From the NCBI GenBank assembly GCA_003021685.1, contig PXRO01000006.1, positions 6,377 through 70,376 of the forward strand: a stretch of 64,000 bases of DNA, in the 5' to 3' direction. Origin of the DNA: Halobacteriales archaeon QS_4_62_28. GTDB taxonomy: Archaea > Halobacteriota > Halobacteria > Halobacteriales > Haloarculaceae. How positions within the stretch are numbered: the stretch's first letter is position 1; every line of letters starts with the position of its first letter. Below the pieces are notes generated by a model. It searched no databases and had not been told where the DNA came from. It saw nothing but the letters and a program-made list of their open reading frames with translations. The translations under genes and the position numbers were made by a program. Below are positions 10,295 to 19,205 of this stretch, piece by piece.

Positions 10295-10312
10295 TTTTAG
10301 GCTCTCCTAAAA
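10295..10312. promoter_or_regulatory. DtxR/IdeR-type operator between TATA box and start of the iron SBP gene
   Basis: Perfect palindrome TTTTAGG-CTCT-CCTAAAA; minus-strand TATAAG at 10320-10315. Confidence 0.8.
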
Positions 10313-10325
10313 CACTTATACCTTA

Positions 10326-11486
10326 CTAATCGTCTGCCGGGACGGCGACCGGTTTGCTATCGATGCTGCCCGGTTCGATGGCATCGAGGCAGGCAAGCCA
10401 GTCGAGCATGTACTCGCCGCAGTGGTTGAGGAAGGCACCGTTCTCCCAGTCCTCGAAGTCGCCGTCGGCGAGTGCCTCGGCCATGGCCCGGAAGACCCCG
10501 GCGTAACTGTCGGCGTCGCCACCGACCGCGTCGATGATCTCCCAGACGTGTTCGTTCAGTTCGAGACCGTGGACCTCGTTTGTGAGGTCCGAAAACGTCG
10601 AGCGCGGAGCCTTGTTGTGCTCACAGAGTGGGTCGCCGTTGTAAATCCGCTTGCCCAGTACGTCGGCCGCGCGCTTGAGGAACAGACCGCTCCAGATATC
10701 GTCGAAGCGGCCCACGTCCCAGCGGTTGTCGTCCATCGGCAACTGGTAGAACGCTGGGATCACTTCCCGGCGGAAGGCCAGGTCCATCGAACAGACGGTG
10801 AGATACTGACCCGGCCCGGCGACGAAATCGGTGCCGTAGTCGTCGGTCGTCGTGCGGGTCTGGGCCTGCCCCCGAAGATCTCCGTCCATCAAGATTCGAA
10901 CTGCATCGAGGTCGGGCACGTTGGTCCAGAGGCCCTGTGAGGCGACCACGTCGTCGACGTGGGCCCGTTCCGTTTCCACGTTTTCGTCCATCGCGGCGTA
11001 AGGATAGCCGCGTGGATACAGGTCGTGATCGGACTGGTAGAGGACGTTGACCCAGCGTTCGTCGGAAGACACCTGCTCGATTTCGCCCTCGAACTGGAGG
11101 TTCGCCATGTGGGTGCCAAAGAAGTCCACGTCGTCGTGGGGCAGGGTATCGTCGTCGATGAAGACGCCGTATTCGAAGTCGTTGGCCCACATGTATAGCA
11201 GCCCAAAGGAGGTCTGTGCGTGACTCGCTGCCGGAATCAGGTGGTCGTATTCGCCGACGCCCGCCGACTCGAACCACTCGGTGCGACGGGCCCCGTCAAA
11301 GACCTCGCCGTCGACGCCGAGGTCGGCGAGCATCTCCTCCATGGCCACCGTGTCACAGAACTCTTCGGTGACGAGGACGAACTCCAGGCGGTCGGTATCG
11401 AACCCGTGTTCGCGTGCGTTGGCCACGTAGGCCTCGACACACTCGTACTCCCTGATCGTCGGGACGATGACGCAAACGTCTGCCAT
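10326..11486 (-). CDS. RGP/GT75-like protein (reversibly glycosylated polypeptide / NDP-sugar mutase family)
   Basis: VIVPTIR, FIDDD, YPRGYPY, GLWTNVPDLDA, CSMDLAFRRE, GRFDDIWSG motifs; ATG 11486. Confidence 0.75.
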   Translation of the reverse strand: MADVCVIVPTIREYECVEAYVANAREHGFDTDRLEFVLVTEEFCDTVAMEEMLADLGVDGEVFDGARRTEWFESAGVGEYDHLIPAASHAQTSFGLLYMWANDFEYGVFIDDDTLPHDDVDFFGTHMANLQFEGEIEQVSSDERWVNVLYQSDHDLYPRGYPYAAMDENVETERAHVDDVVASQGLWTNVPDLDAVRILMDGDLRGQAQTRTTTDDYGTDFVAGPGQYLTVCSMDLAFRREVIPAFYQLPMDDNRWDVGRFDDIWSGLFLKRAADVLGKRIYNGDPLCEHNKAPRSTFSDLTNEVHGLELNEHVWEIIDAVGGDADSYAGVFRAMAEALADGDFEDWENGAFLNHCGEYMLDWLACLDAIEPGSIDSKPVAVPADD

Positions 11487-11500
11487 TCCTGGCCTCTTAT

Positions 11501-11518
11501 CTTTAGGCAACCCTAAAG
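11501..11518. promoter_or_regulatory. DtxR/IdeR-type operator upstream of the RGP-like gene
   Basis: Perfect palindrome CTTTAGG-CAAC-CCTAAAG, 15 nt upstream of ATG 11486. Confidence 0.75.
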
Positions 11519-11699
11519 TAGCTGTCGTTATCCATTCGAGACACACGAAGGCAAGATAGCCAGGAACTCCTATCGTCCCCCGAGATAGTACAATGTACGC
11601 TGTACATATCGACTGTACAAGGAGAACTATTATTTAGCTGCCCTTGGCGTATTCGACTACCATGACCGAACGAGCCGACGGGGGGATACTCGTCGCACG

Positions 11700-12443
11700 A
11701 TGAATCTGGATGATCAGGTCTGCGTCGTCACTGGCGCTTCACGCGGAATCGGTCGAGGTATCGCGACGGACCTCGGTACCCACGGCGCGTCTGTCGTCGT
11801 CAACTATCGCTCTTCGCACGAGGAGGCAGCGGCGGTGGTCGAGTCCATCGAGGCCGATGGTGGCACTGCAATGGCCGCACAGGCCGACGTGGCAAAACCC
11901 GACGAAGTCGAGGCGATGGCGACCGAAGTGCGCGACGCTTTCGGCCCAATCGACGTGCTCGTCAACAACGCCGGTATCACCGTCGACAAGAAGTTCGAGG
12001 CGATGACCCGCGAAGACTGGGACGCCGTAATAGGAGTGAATCTCGGTGGCGTATTCAACTGTACGAACGCCTTTTTCGAGGACATCAAATCGGCCCAGAA
12101 CGGTCGTCTTATCAATATCTCTTCGGTCGTCGGGCAGCAGGGCAACTACGGCCAGGCCAACTACGCGACGACCAAATCCGGACTGTTCGGGTTCACACGC
12201 ACGCTCGCGCTCGAACTCGCAAGCACCGGATCGACGGCCAACTGCGTCTCGCCCGGGTTCGTCGAGACTGACATGCTCGACGAGGTCCCGGAGCGAGTTC
12301 AGGAGAAGATCCTTCGAGACATCCCACTGGACCGGTTTGCGACGGTCGAGGACATCAGCGGTATCGTTAGATTCGTCGCGAGTGAGGAGTCTAGCTACAT
12401 GACAGGACAGATACTCGGCGTCAACGGCGGCATGGAGTGGTGA
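11700..12443 (+). CDS. phaB: Acetoacetyl-CoA reductase / beta-ketoacyl reductase (SDR, PhaB/FabG-like)
   Basis: TGASRGIG, NNAGIT, ISSVVGQ-GN-GQANYATTK (YxxxK), NGG C-terminus. Confidence 0.7.
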   Translation: MNLDDQVCVVTGASRGIGRGIATDLGTHGASVVVNYRSSHEEAAAVVESIEADGGTAMAAQADVAKPDEVEAMATEVRDAFGPIDVLVNNAGITVDKKFEAMTREDWDAVIGVNLGGVFNCTNAFFEDIKSAQNGRLINISSVVGQQGNYGQANYATTKSGLFGFTRTLALELASTGSTANCVSPGFVETDMLDEVPERVQEKILRDIPLDRFATVEDISGIVRFVASEESSYMTGQILGVNGGMEW

Positions 12444-12444
12444 T

Positions 12445-14034
12445 ATGAACCAACGAGATCAAAACCGAGATCGAGAGACGACGGAGCCCGTGTCTGACCC
12501 CATCGAGGAACTGCGCGAGCGCAAGCGAGAGGCCGAACTCGGCGGTGGCAAAGACCGTATCGAGGCCCAGCACGAGAAGGGCAAGATGACTGCCCGAGAA
12601 CGGATCGATTTCCTCATTGACGACGGCACCTTCCACGAGGTCGATCCGTTCGTCGAACACCGCTCGACGAACTTCGGGATGGAAGAGAGGAAATATTCCG
12701 GCGACGCCGTCGTCACTGGCTACGGTTCGGTCGATGGGCGCAAGGTGTTCCTCTTTGCCCACGACTTCACGGTTCTGGGTGGCTCCGTCGGCGAAGTCGT
12801 CGCCGACAAAGTCTGTAAGGTCATGGACAAGGCCATCGAGAACGGCGTGCCCGTGATCGGCCTCAACGACTCCGGTGGCGCACGGATCCAGGAGGGCGTC
12901 GACTCGCTCGTCGGGTTTGCAAAAATCTTCGAGCGCAACACGCGGGCATCGGGCCTGATCCCACAGATATCGGCGATTATGGGACCGTGTGCCGGCGGTG
13001 CGACGTACTCGCCAGCGTTGACCGACTTCACGTTCATGGTCAACGACACCAGTCACATGTTCATCACCGGGCCGAACGTCATCGAGACTGTCACCGGCGA
13101 GCAGGTCTCGAAGGAGGAACTCGGCGGTGCCCAGTCTCACACCTCGAAATCCGGCGTCGCTCACTTCGCCTACAATAGCGAGGAAGAGGCACTGGAGAAC
13201 ATCCGACGGTTGCTCTCCTATCTCCCCCAGAACAACATGGAGGACCCACCACGGGTCAAACCGTGGGACGAACCCGATCGCGAGGTGCCAGAGGTCACGG
13301 ATATCGTGCCCGACGCGCCGCGCAAGCCCTACGACATGACGAAGGTCATCGACAGCATCGTCGACGAGCAGTCCTTCTTCGAAGTCCAGAAAAACTGGGC
13401 ACGCAACGTCGTCATCGGCTTCGCCCGCATGGACGGCCGTTCCGTCGGTGTCGTCGCGAACCAGCCACGAGTGAGTGCGGGGACGCTGGACATCGACGCT
13501 GCCGAGAAGGCCGCTCGTTTCATTCGAACGTGTGACTCGTTCAACGTTCCGATCCTCTCCTTTGTCGACGTGCCAGGATTCATGCCCGGCACCGACCAGG
13601 AGCACAACGGCATCATCCGCCGGGGTGCAAAGCTCATCTACGCTTACGCCGAGGCGACGGTCCCCTTGCTGTCAGTCGTCGTCCGGAAGGCGTACGGTGG
13701 CGCGTACATCGTCATGTCCTCGAAATTCCTCGGATCGGACGTGAACTACGCCTGGCCCGGATCGGAGATGGCGGTGCTCGGCCCGCGTGGGGCAGTCAAC
13801 ATCCTGCATCGCAAGGCAATTGCCCAGGCAGACGATCCCGACGCCAAACGCCAGGCACTGATGGACGAGTTCCGCGAGGAGTTCGCAAACCCGTACGGTC
13901 CCGCAAAACGCGGCTATCTCGACGACGTGATCGAACCGAAAGACACCCGAAAGCGGCTGATCGACGATCTCGACTTACTCGAACGTAAGCGCGAGGAGTC
14001 GCCACCGAAGGACCACGGCAATATTCCACTGTAA
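12445..14034 (+). CDS. pccB: Acyl-CoA (propionyl-CoA) carboxylase carboxyltransferase beta subunit
   Basis: [56 protein letters not shown]. Confidence 0.9.
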   Translation: MNQRDQNRDRETTEPVSDPIEELRERKREAELGGGKDRIEAQHEKGKMTARERIDFLIDDGTFHEVDPFVEHRSTNFGMEERKYSGDAVVTGYGSVDGRKVFLFAHDFTVLGGSVGEVVADKVCKVMDKAIENGVPVIGLNDSGGARIQEGVDSLVGFAKIFERNTRASGLIPQISAIMGPCAGGATYSPALTDFTFMVNDTSHMFITGPNVIETVTGEQVSKEELGGAQSHTSKSGVAHFAYNSEEEALENIRRLLSYLPQNNMEDPPRVKPWDEPDREVPEVTDIVPDAPRKPYDMTKVIDSIVDEQSFFEVQKNWARNVVIGFARMDGRSVGVVANQPRVSAGTLDIDAAEKAARFIRTCDSFNVPILSFVDVPGFMPGTDQEHNGIIRRGAKLIYAYAEATVPLLSVVVRKAYGGAYIVMSSKFLGSDVNYAWPGSEMAVLGPRGAVNILHRKAIAQADDPDAKRQALMDEFREEFANPYGPAKRGYLDDVIEPKDTRKRLIDDLDLLERKREESPPKDHGNIPL

Positions 14035-14036
14035 CG

Positions 14037-14363
14037 ATGTCATCACTCGAATCTCCGGACGAGTCCGACGGCGAGGCCGAAGAGGACACAGTAACCATCA
14101 CGGCCGGCGACCGGGAGATCGACGTGTCGCTCCCGGCCACCGCGTCTGCGTCCGAGGCCGCAGCCATCACGTCGGCTATCGGCGCACACATCTCCGACCA
14201 GCAGCGTGCTGCAGCGGCCGCCGCGGCCAGCCAGTCCGAACCAGAACACGCGAACGAGTGGGTGCTGGAGGGGCGTCTCAATCGCTTTGGCAAGCGCCGT
14301 CGGCCACACAGGGTAAAAAAAGGCGACGAGTGGAAGGCTGCGGGTCGCTCGTTGTACCGATAG
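14037..14363 (+). CDS. Small accessory subunit of haloarchaeal acyl-CoA carboxylase (PccX-like)
   Basis: [12 protein letters not shown] plus two W-x3-GR motifs; directly after pccB. Confidence 0.7.
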   Translation: MSSLESPDESDGEAEEDTVTITAGDREIDVSLPATASASEAAAITSAIGAHISDQQRAAAAAAASQSEPEHANEWVLEGRLNRFGKRRRPHRVKKGDEWKAAGRSLYR

Positions 14364-14372
14364 GGATCCGGC

Positions 14373-14552
14373 CTACGACAGATCCCGGAGCACTTCGAGG
14401 TCACGGGCCGTCTTCGTGAACTCGGCTGTGGGCGCATACCCACTGCACTGGTCACACTGGAACTGCTCGCCAGATGCTGGCAGGTCCTTGACTGACGCTT
14501 CCCATTCAGCGGTACACTCGGGGCACACGAGTTGAATCCAGGCCTCCTGCAT
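14373..14552 (-). CDS. Small CPxCG-related zinc-finger protein (59 aa)
   Basis: MQEAWIQLVCPEC...FQCDQC...EF...RDLEVL. Confidence 0.75.
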   Translation of the reverse strand: MQEAWIQLVCPECTAEWEASVKDLPASGEQFQCDQCSGYAPTAEFTKTARDLEVLRDLS

Positions 14553-14704
14553 GTCCCTGTCTGGCAGGGGGATACTAATATATCTTATCCGAATTCCTGT
14601 AGCGCTGAAACGTGCACGAACGAAAATCAACGATTCGGTGACAGGTCATAGCAAAGACAACTGGAACCACAACGAACACAATACCTCCCCGAGAGGCCCC
14701 TCGT

Positions 14705-15856
14705 ATGGGAGTCGCTATAATCGAAGCGTCGATGACGAAGTTCGGGCAGCGCGACGCCTGGATCTGTGAACTACTCGCAGAGGCAGGCAAAGAGTGCATG
14801 GCCGATTCGTCTGTCGACCCCGACGACGTCGAGCATCTGTACGTTTCGAACATGGCCAGTGGCGAGTTCGAGGGCCGGACCGGCGTGATGAACGCCCTGG
14901 CCCACGACCTGGGCGTCATGCCGGCCTACAGCGAGCGCGTCGATCAGACCTCCTCGTCCGGCGGCGCGGGGATGTACGAAGCCTGGCAGTCGGTTGCCTC
15001 CGGTGCGAGCGACATGACGTTACTTGTCGGCGGCGAGAAGATGACCCACAGAACGACGCCGGAGTCGACCGATGTCATCGCCTCGATCACACATCCCGTC
15101 GAGTACAAACACGGTCTCACGCTGCCCTCGTTCGCGGGATTGACAGCACGCCACTACCTCGAACGGTTCGACGCGCCTCGCGAGTCGCTCGCACGGGTCG
15201 CGGTCAAGAACCACGAGAACGGCGTCGACAACCCGAACGCACAGTTCCAGAAGGAGATTACGATAGAGACGGCACTGGAGTCGCCCGTCGTCGCAGATCC
15301 GCTCCGCCTATACGACTTCTGTCCGATCACTGACGGCAGCGCCGCAATGGTCTTTACGACCGAGGAACGGGCTGCACAGCTCACTGACGACTACGTCGTG
15401 GTCTCTGGCATCGGCGGGGCGACCGACACGCACGTCGTCCACGAGCGTGACGATCCGACGATCATGGGCGGCGTCGTCGAGTCGAGCAAGCGAGCCTACG
15501 AGATGGCGGGGCTGGGTCCGGACGACCTCGACGTGGCCGAACTGCACGACATGTTCACAATCCTCGAGTTCCTCCAGCTCGAAGGCATCGGCGTCGCAGA
15601 GCAGGGGACTGCCTGGGAACTGGCGATGGACGGCGACACGGCAAAAGACGGCGAGTTGCCGATCAACACCTCCGGCGGTCTCAAGTCCAAGGGCCATCCC
15701 CTCGGGGCCAGCGGCGTCGCCCAGGGCGTCGAGGTCTTCGAGCAACTCGTCGGCGAGGCCGGACCGCGCCAGGTCGAGGCAGACATCGGTCTGGCCTGTA
15801 ACGTCGGTGGCTTTGGCAACTGTGTTATCACCACGATCATGGAGGCTACACAATGA
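14705..15856 (+). CDS. Haloarchaeal beta-ketothiolase large subunit, Ser-nucleophile type (PhaA-alpha-like)
   Basis: Thiolase motifs GGEKM, CPITDGSAA, ELHD, KGHPLGASG; QTSSSGG replaces the usual ACASG cysteine. Confidence 0.85.
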   Translation: MGVAIIEASMTKFGQRDAWICELLAEAGKECMADSSVDPDDVEHLYVSNMASGEFEGRTGVMNALAHDLGVMPAYSERVDQTSSSGGAGMYEAWQSVASGASDMTLLVGGEKMTHRTTPESTDVIASITHPVEYKHGLTLPSFAGLTARHYLERFDAPRESLARVAVKNHENGVDNPNAQFQKEITIETALESPVVADPLRLYDFCPITDGSAAMVFTTEERAAQLTDDYVVVSGIGGATDTHVVHERDDPTIMGGVVESSKRAYEMAGLGPDDLDVAELHDMFTILEFLQLEGIGVAEQGTAWELAMDGDTAKDGELPINTSGGLKSKGHPLGASGVAQGVEVFEQLVGEAGPRQVEADIGLACNVGGFGNCVITTIMEATQ

Positions 15857-16215
15857 GCTTCGATGCCCACCAGTGTCCGAACGGTCACGTAACGTATCCC
15901 GGCCACCCTCTCTGTCCGGAGTGTGGCGAGCACCAGACCGAAACTATCGACCTCTCCGAGCGCAGCGGCGAGGTCGTCACCTGGACGACATCGACGGCGA
16001 CGCCGCCGGGCGTCCGAGAACCGAACACGCTGGCAATCGTCGAGTTCGACGTCGCAGGCACCTTCGTTCGCGCGGTCGGCCAGGTCACCACCGAAGATGT
16101 CGAAACCGGCGATATCGTCGAACCAGTCTACGTCGAGGAGTTGCGCGATCCCGAGGCAGGAATCAAGGAACCCGAGAGTCACGAGTGGGACGGCTACCGC
16201 TTCGAGCCAGTATAA
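15853..16215 (+). CDS. DUF35-type Zn-ribbon/OB-fold thiolase small subunit
   Basis: CPNGH...CPECG ribbon then OB fold; ATGA overlap with thiolase. Confidence 0.85.
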   Translation: MSFDAHQCPNGHVTYPGHPLCPECGEHQTETIDLSERSGEVVTWTTSTATPPGVREPNTLAIVEFDVAGTFVRAVGQVTTEDVETGDIVEPVYVEELRDPEAGIKEPESHEWDGYRFEPV

Positions 16216-16261
16216 CGCGTCGGTTTGACGGTTCGAAAAAACTATTTTCTGAGCGAGACGA

Positions 16262-16738
16262 TCAGTCTGCAGTCAGGACCGTCTGCTGGGATTCCCCGGT
16301 CGCCTGCTCACTCAGTCGGTCGAGGCAGTCCTGTACGGACACTGTGGTGGTCTCTGTCGCATGTGGCGTAACGGTCTGAAGTTCGTCGCCTTCATAGAGG
16401 GCAATACAGACGGCCGGGAGGACCAGTTCTGTACGCTTCTCTCCGGTCTCCATCGAGTAGCACTCGCGCGTGTGAAAAAACGGTGTCAGTCGGATGCCGT
16501 TTTCCCGCGCCCATCGTGCGAACTCGTTGTATCGGTCCCGCTCTAGCCCCGAATCTGTGCCTGCAACCGGGATGCGTTTGGCCCACGACGTTACACTGTA
16601 CCCTTCGAGTGGTCCCTCCGCTGTGAGTCGCTCCAGTCGAGCGATGGCCTTCTGGCGGCATTTCTGGGCGGGTGTCGGTAGGGTCTCTCGAACGTACAGC
16701 GCCGCTCGAATCTCCCCGGTCGTCTCTGTCGCGGGCAT
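16262..16738 (-). CDS. Conserved haloarchaeal hypothetical protein
   Basis: Clean ORF with TATA (TTTATAA on minus, ~16773-16767); LYVR...W-KRI...F-W-A...LP-C-A-Y...PH pattern. Confidence 0.65.
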   Translation of the reverse strand: MPATETTGEIRAALYVRETLPTPAQKCRQKAIARLERLTAEGPLEGYSVTSWAKRIPVAGTDSGLERDRYNEFARWARENGIRLTPFFHTRECYSMETGEKRTELVLPAVCIALYEGDELQTVTPHATETTTVSVQDCLDRLSEQATGESQQTVLTAD

Positions 16739-16888
16739 GGGTACTACCCCTTTGTCGGTCGAGCATTATAAAACATTATGTTTATTTCCCTAACACTTTA
16801 GCTCGACAACGAGTCAGTATCTATATTACCGGCTGCGGCCTCAACACTGGTAAATAGTCACCTCTGGACGGTACCAGAATCTGCTGGT

Positions 16889-17485
16889 TTACGGCGATTC
16901 ATCGCCGTTCTGACCGTCTTCGTCCACCATGTCGTCCTTGAGCGACTGGAGTTCCGCGTCGACATCGACCGGAACGTCAGTGTCGTCCTCCCCCCCGAGT
17001 CGGTCGTCGGTCTCGCCGTTTGCTGGCTCTCTCTCACCGTTTGTCCGCTCGTCCAGTCGATTCTCGATGTCTTCCCGGAGCTGGCGAGCCTCTTCGAGCA
17101 ACTCGCGGGCGTCGTCGTTCGATGGCTGTCCCTCGACGGCATCCTGCAGATCCGCGAGCGCGCCATCGAGTTTCGAGAGCGTCGTCATACTGAGTTGTTC
17201 TGCCCGCGCTCGAACGTCACTACTCCCCGACGCCGTGGTCGGCGGGCGGCCGTCGGCCATCCGCAACGCTCGCTGTAGTAGTTTCAGGGCTTCGATGTTC
17301 GACCGCAGCAGGAGGATGGTCGCGGGAATCGCCACGTCACTGGTCAGCCGAAGCAACTCTCGGACCGTGGGCGGGCGCGGCAGCCCCTCCTCTGTCCTGG
17401 GTTCGAACTCGTCTTCGAGTTGCCGGAGCGTCGAGACGAGGTCGCCGACGAGTCGGGCGAGGTCATCGTCACCAGACGTGCTCAT
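16889..17485 (-). CDS. Conserved haloarchaeal helical hypothetical protein
   Basis: PRPPT-RELLR-TSDVAIP, VDVDAELQSLKD; minus-strand TTTTTATA ~30 nt upstream. Confidence 0.7.
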   Translation of the reverse strand: MSTSGDDDLARLVGDLVSTLRQLEDEFEPRTEEGLPRPPTVRELLRLTSDVAIPATILLLRSNIEALKLLQRALRMADGRPPTTASGSSDVRARAEQLSMTTLSKLDGALADLQDAVEGQPSNDDARELLEEARQLREDIENRLDERTNGEREPANGETDDRLGGEDDTDVPVDVDAELQSLKDDMVDEDGQNGDESP

Positions 17486-17527
17486 ACTCGTCCTTGGACA
17501 GTGAGATATAAAAACCCCGTCGAGAGG

Positions 17528-17569
17528 ATTAGGCGTACCAAAATCCTTTTACCTTTAGGCCTGCCTAAG
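17528..17569. promoter_or_regulatory. Tandem pair of DtxR/IdeR-type operators
   Basis: ATTAGG-CGTA-CCAAAA (17528-17543) and TTTAGG-CCTG-CCTAAG (17554-17569). Confidence 0.7.
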
Positions 17570-17577
17570 TTCTGGTA

Positions 17578-17736
17578 ATGGCAACCACACCGGAGCGAGA
17601 GAAGCCCCCTGTCGATCCGACCGCTGAGTCCTCGGTGAGTGCACACAAAAGCTCGCCTGACCGAACTGTCTTCACCGAAAAGGGCAATTCAGACGCATGG
17701 ATTGCGACTGATCTCACCGTTGCCCTCCAGCAGTAA
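17578..17736 (+). CDS. Small 52-aa protein missing from the ORF track
   Basis: MATTPEREKPPVDPTAESSVSAHKSSPDRTVFTEKGNSDAWIATDLTVALQQ; ATG 9 nt after the operator. Confidence 0.7.
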   Translation: MATTPEREKPPVDPTAESSVSAHKSSPDRTVFTEKGNSDAWIATDLTVALQQ

Positions 17737-17913
17737 CATCTCTCAAGACAGGGTTTCACAGACCGGCGACAACTTCGTGAAGGGATTCTCACCAGCGTGA
17801 GAGGGATCGCTGTAGCTGTGATGTTCGGCAACCGTTTAGTTAGATCGCCGCGATCAGCGCTGAGTGAACGAGATCTGATTCTCGTTACCGAGCCAGAGCT
17901 TGCGCTCGACGCT

Positions 17914-18459
17914 CTATTTCATCGCGCCCTCGGTGACGAGGGTGTCGTCTTCGAGGTAGTGCTCGATGTGGTGGGCGTCCTCCTCTGTCTCGACGAGGAT
18001 CTGGCGCAGGATTTCGGACGTCGCGTGATCGCCGAGGTTCGTCGCGAGTTCGACGTGGTCACGGAGCGATTCGATGATCTCGCCGTAGATTTCGAGGTCG
18101 TTTTCCAGTGACGTTCGGATGTCGTAGACGTCCTCGCCTTCAGGGTCGACCGGTGCGTGTTCTTCGGTCGCCTTCCCGCCGGCGATGGGCGTTCCGCCCA
18201 GTGCCTGTGCACGCTCGGCGAGTTCGTCGGCCGCTTCCTCGACGTTCATGGCCGCATCGCCGAGGAACAGGTGCAGGTCGCGGAACTCCGCGCCCTCGAC
18301 GTTCCAGTGATGCTTCTTGAGCTGGTGGTAGAGGACGTAGGCCGACGCCAGGTCAGTGTTCAGCGCGTCGATGATCTGCTCGGATTTGTCCCTGTCGAGC
18401 CGAAGTTCGTTGTCATCGACGGTACCGAACTCTTGCCGGACGGACTGCTGTTTGCTCAT
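17914..18459 (-). CDS. dpsA: DpsA, DNA-protecting ferritin-like protein
   Basis: YHQLKKHHWNVEGAEFRDLHLFL, ADELAER ferroxidase motifs, EEDAHHIEHYLEDDTL. Confidence 0.95.
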   Translation of the reverse strand: MSKQQSVRQEFGTVDDNELRLDRDKSEQIIDALNTDLASAYVLYHQLKKHHWNVEGAEFRDLHLFLGDAAMNVEEAADELAERAQALGGTPIAGGKATEEHAPVDPEGEDVYDIRTSLENDLEIYGEIIESLRDHVELATNLGDHATSEILRQILVETEEDAHHIEHYLEDDTLVTEGAMK

Positions 18460-18606
18460 AGCACTCCGTACTACAGCTGGAATACACTTAAATCTTGGTC
18501 ATCGGGAAAAACGATTTTTGGTTTCGGCAAACCTGATTTCGGGATCCTGCACCATCTGGCAATCAAAACGAGAGTTGTCGAGAGGAATCAACGATAGATA
18601 GTCCCG

Positions 18607-18984
18607 TTATCGAGTCCGGTCCAGCACAATGTAGGTAATACCGTCTGCCGGTTTCGTGGCACTGTCAGTGACGCTGACGACGGTCCGTCGATGGACTTCG
18701 ATCACCGCATCGCGCATTTCGTCGTCGAAGTCCAGCGCGTCCCCGAACTCCGCCCAGACCGTTTCTGGGACCGCGAGGTAGTACGCCGACTCCGTCCGGG
18801 CGAGGAGTGGGTCTTCGTACTGCTTGCGCCACTCGTAGACGATGTTCTCGATGCCCGGGAGGTCCTCGACCGATTGCTGATGTGTCGCCAGCGCGTCGGT
18901 CAGTGACGCTGCCTCGACAGCACGCTCGCTTGCTACCGTCTCGATGTGCTCGCTGTCGAACGGCGCGGGCGTCTCTGCTGTCAT
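18607..18984 (-). CDS. Hypothetical acidic protein
   Basis: ATG 18984 preceded by GGAGG; halophilic composition. Confidence 0.6.
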   Translation of the reverse strand: MTAETPAPFDSEHIETVASERAVEAASLTDALATHQQSVEDLPGIENIVYEWRKQYEDPLLARTESAYYLAVPETVWAEFGDALDFDDEMRDAVIEVHRRTVVSVTDSATKPADGITYIVLDRTR

Positions 18985-19205
18985 CGTCTGTCCCTCCAGT
19001 GGATCCAACAAAAAGCCACCTGATCGCGCGCGTGCGACCGGACGAGCAATTATACCGGTGGACGTACGCAATGATATATTCAGCCCGATGACCGTGACGA
19101 CTGAGACGTATCAAACGTTACGTCCACCGGTATAGTTGCAAATGCTACCGTAGCATGGGAACCAACAGTAGAGTTATTCGGCTACGGGGAGAAGTCACAG
19201 AGAGC

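Noticed and set aside
17737-17913. Structured ncRNA between the small ORF and dpsA
   Set aside because: Only short hairpins (e.g. AACGAGA..TCTCGTT); insufficient without covariation or expression data.
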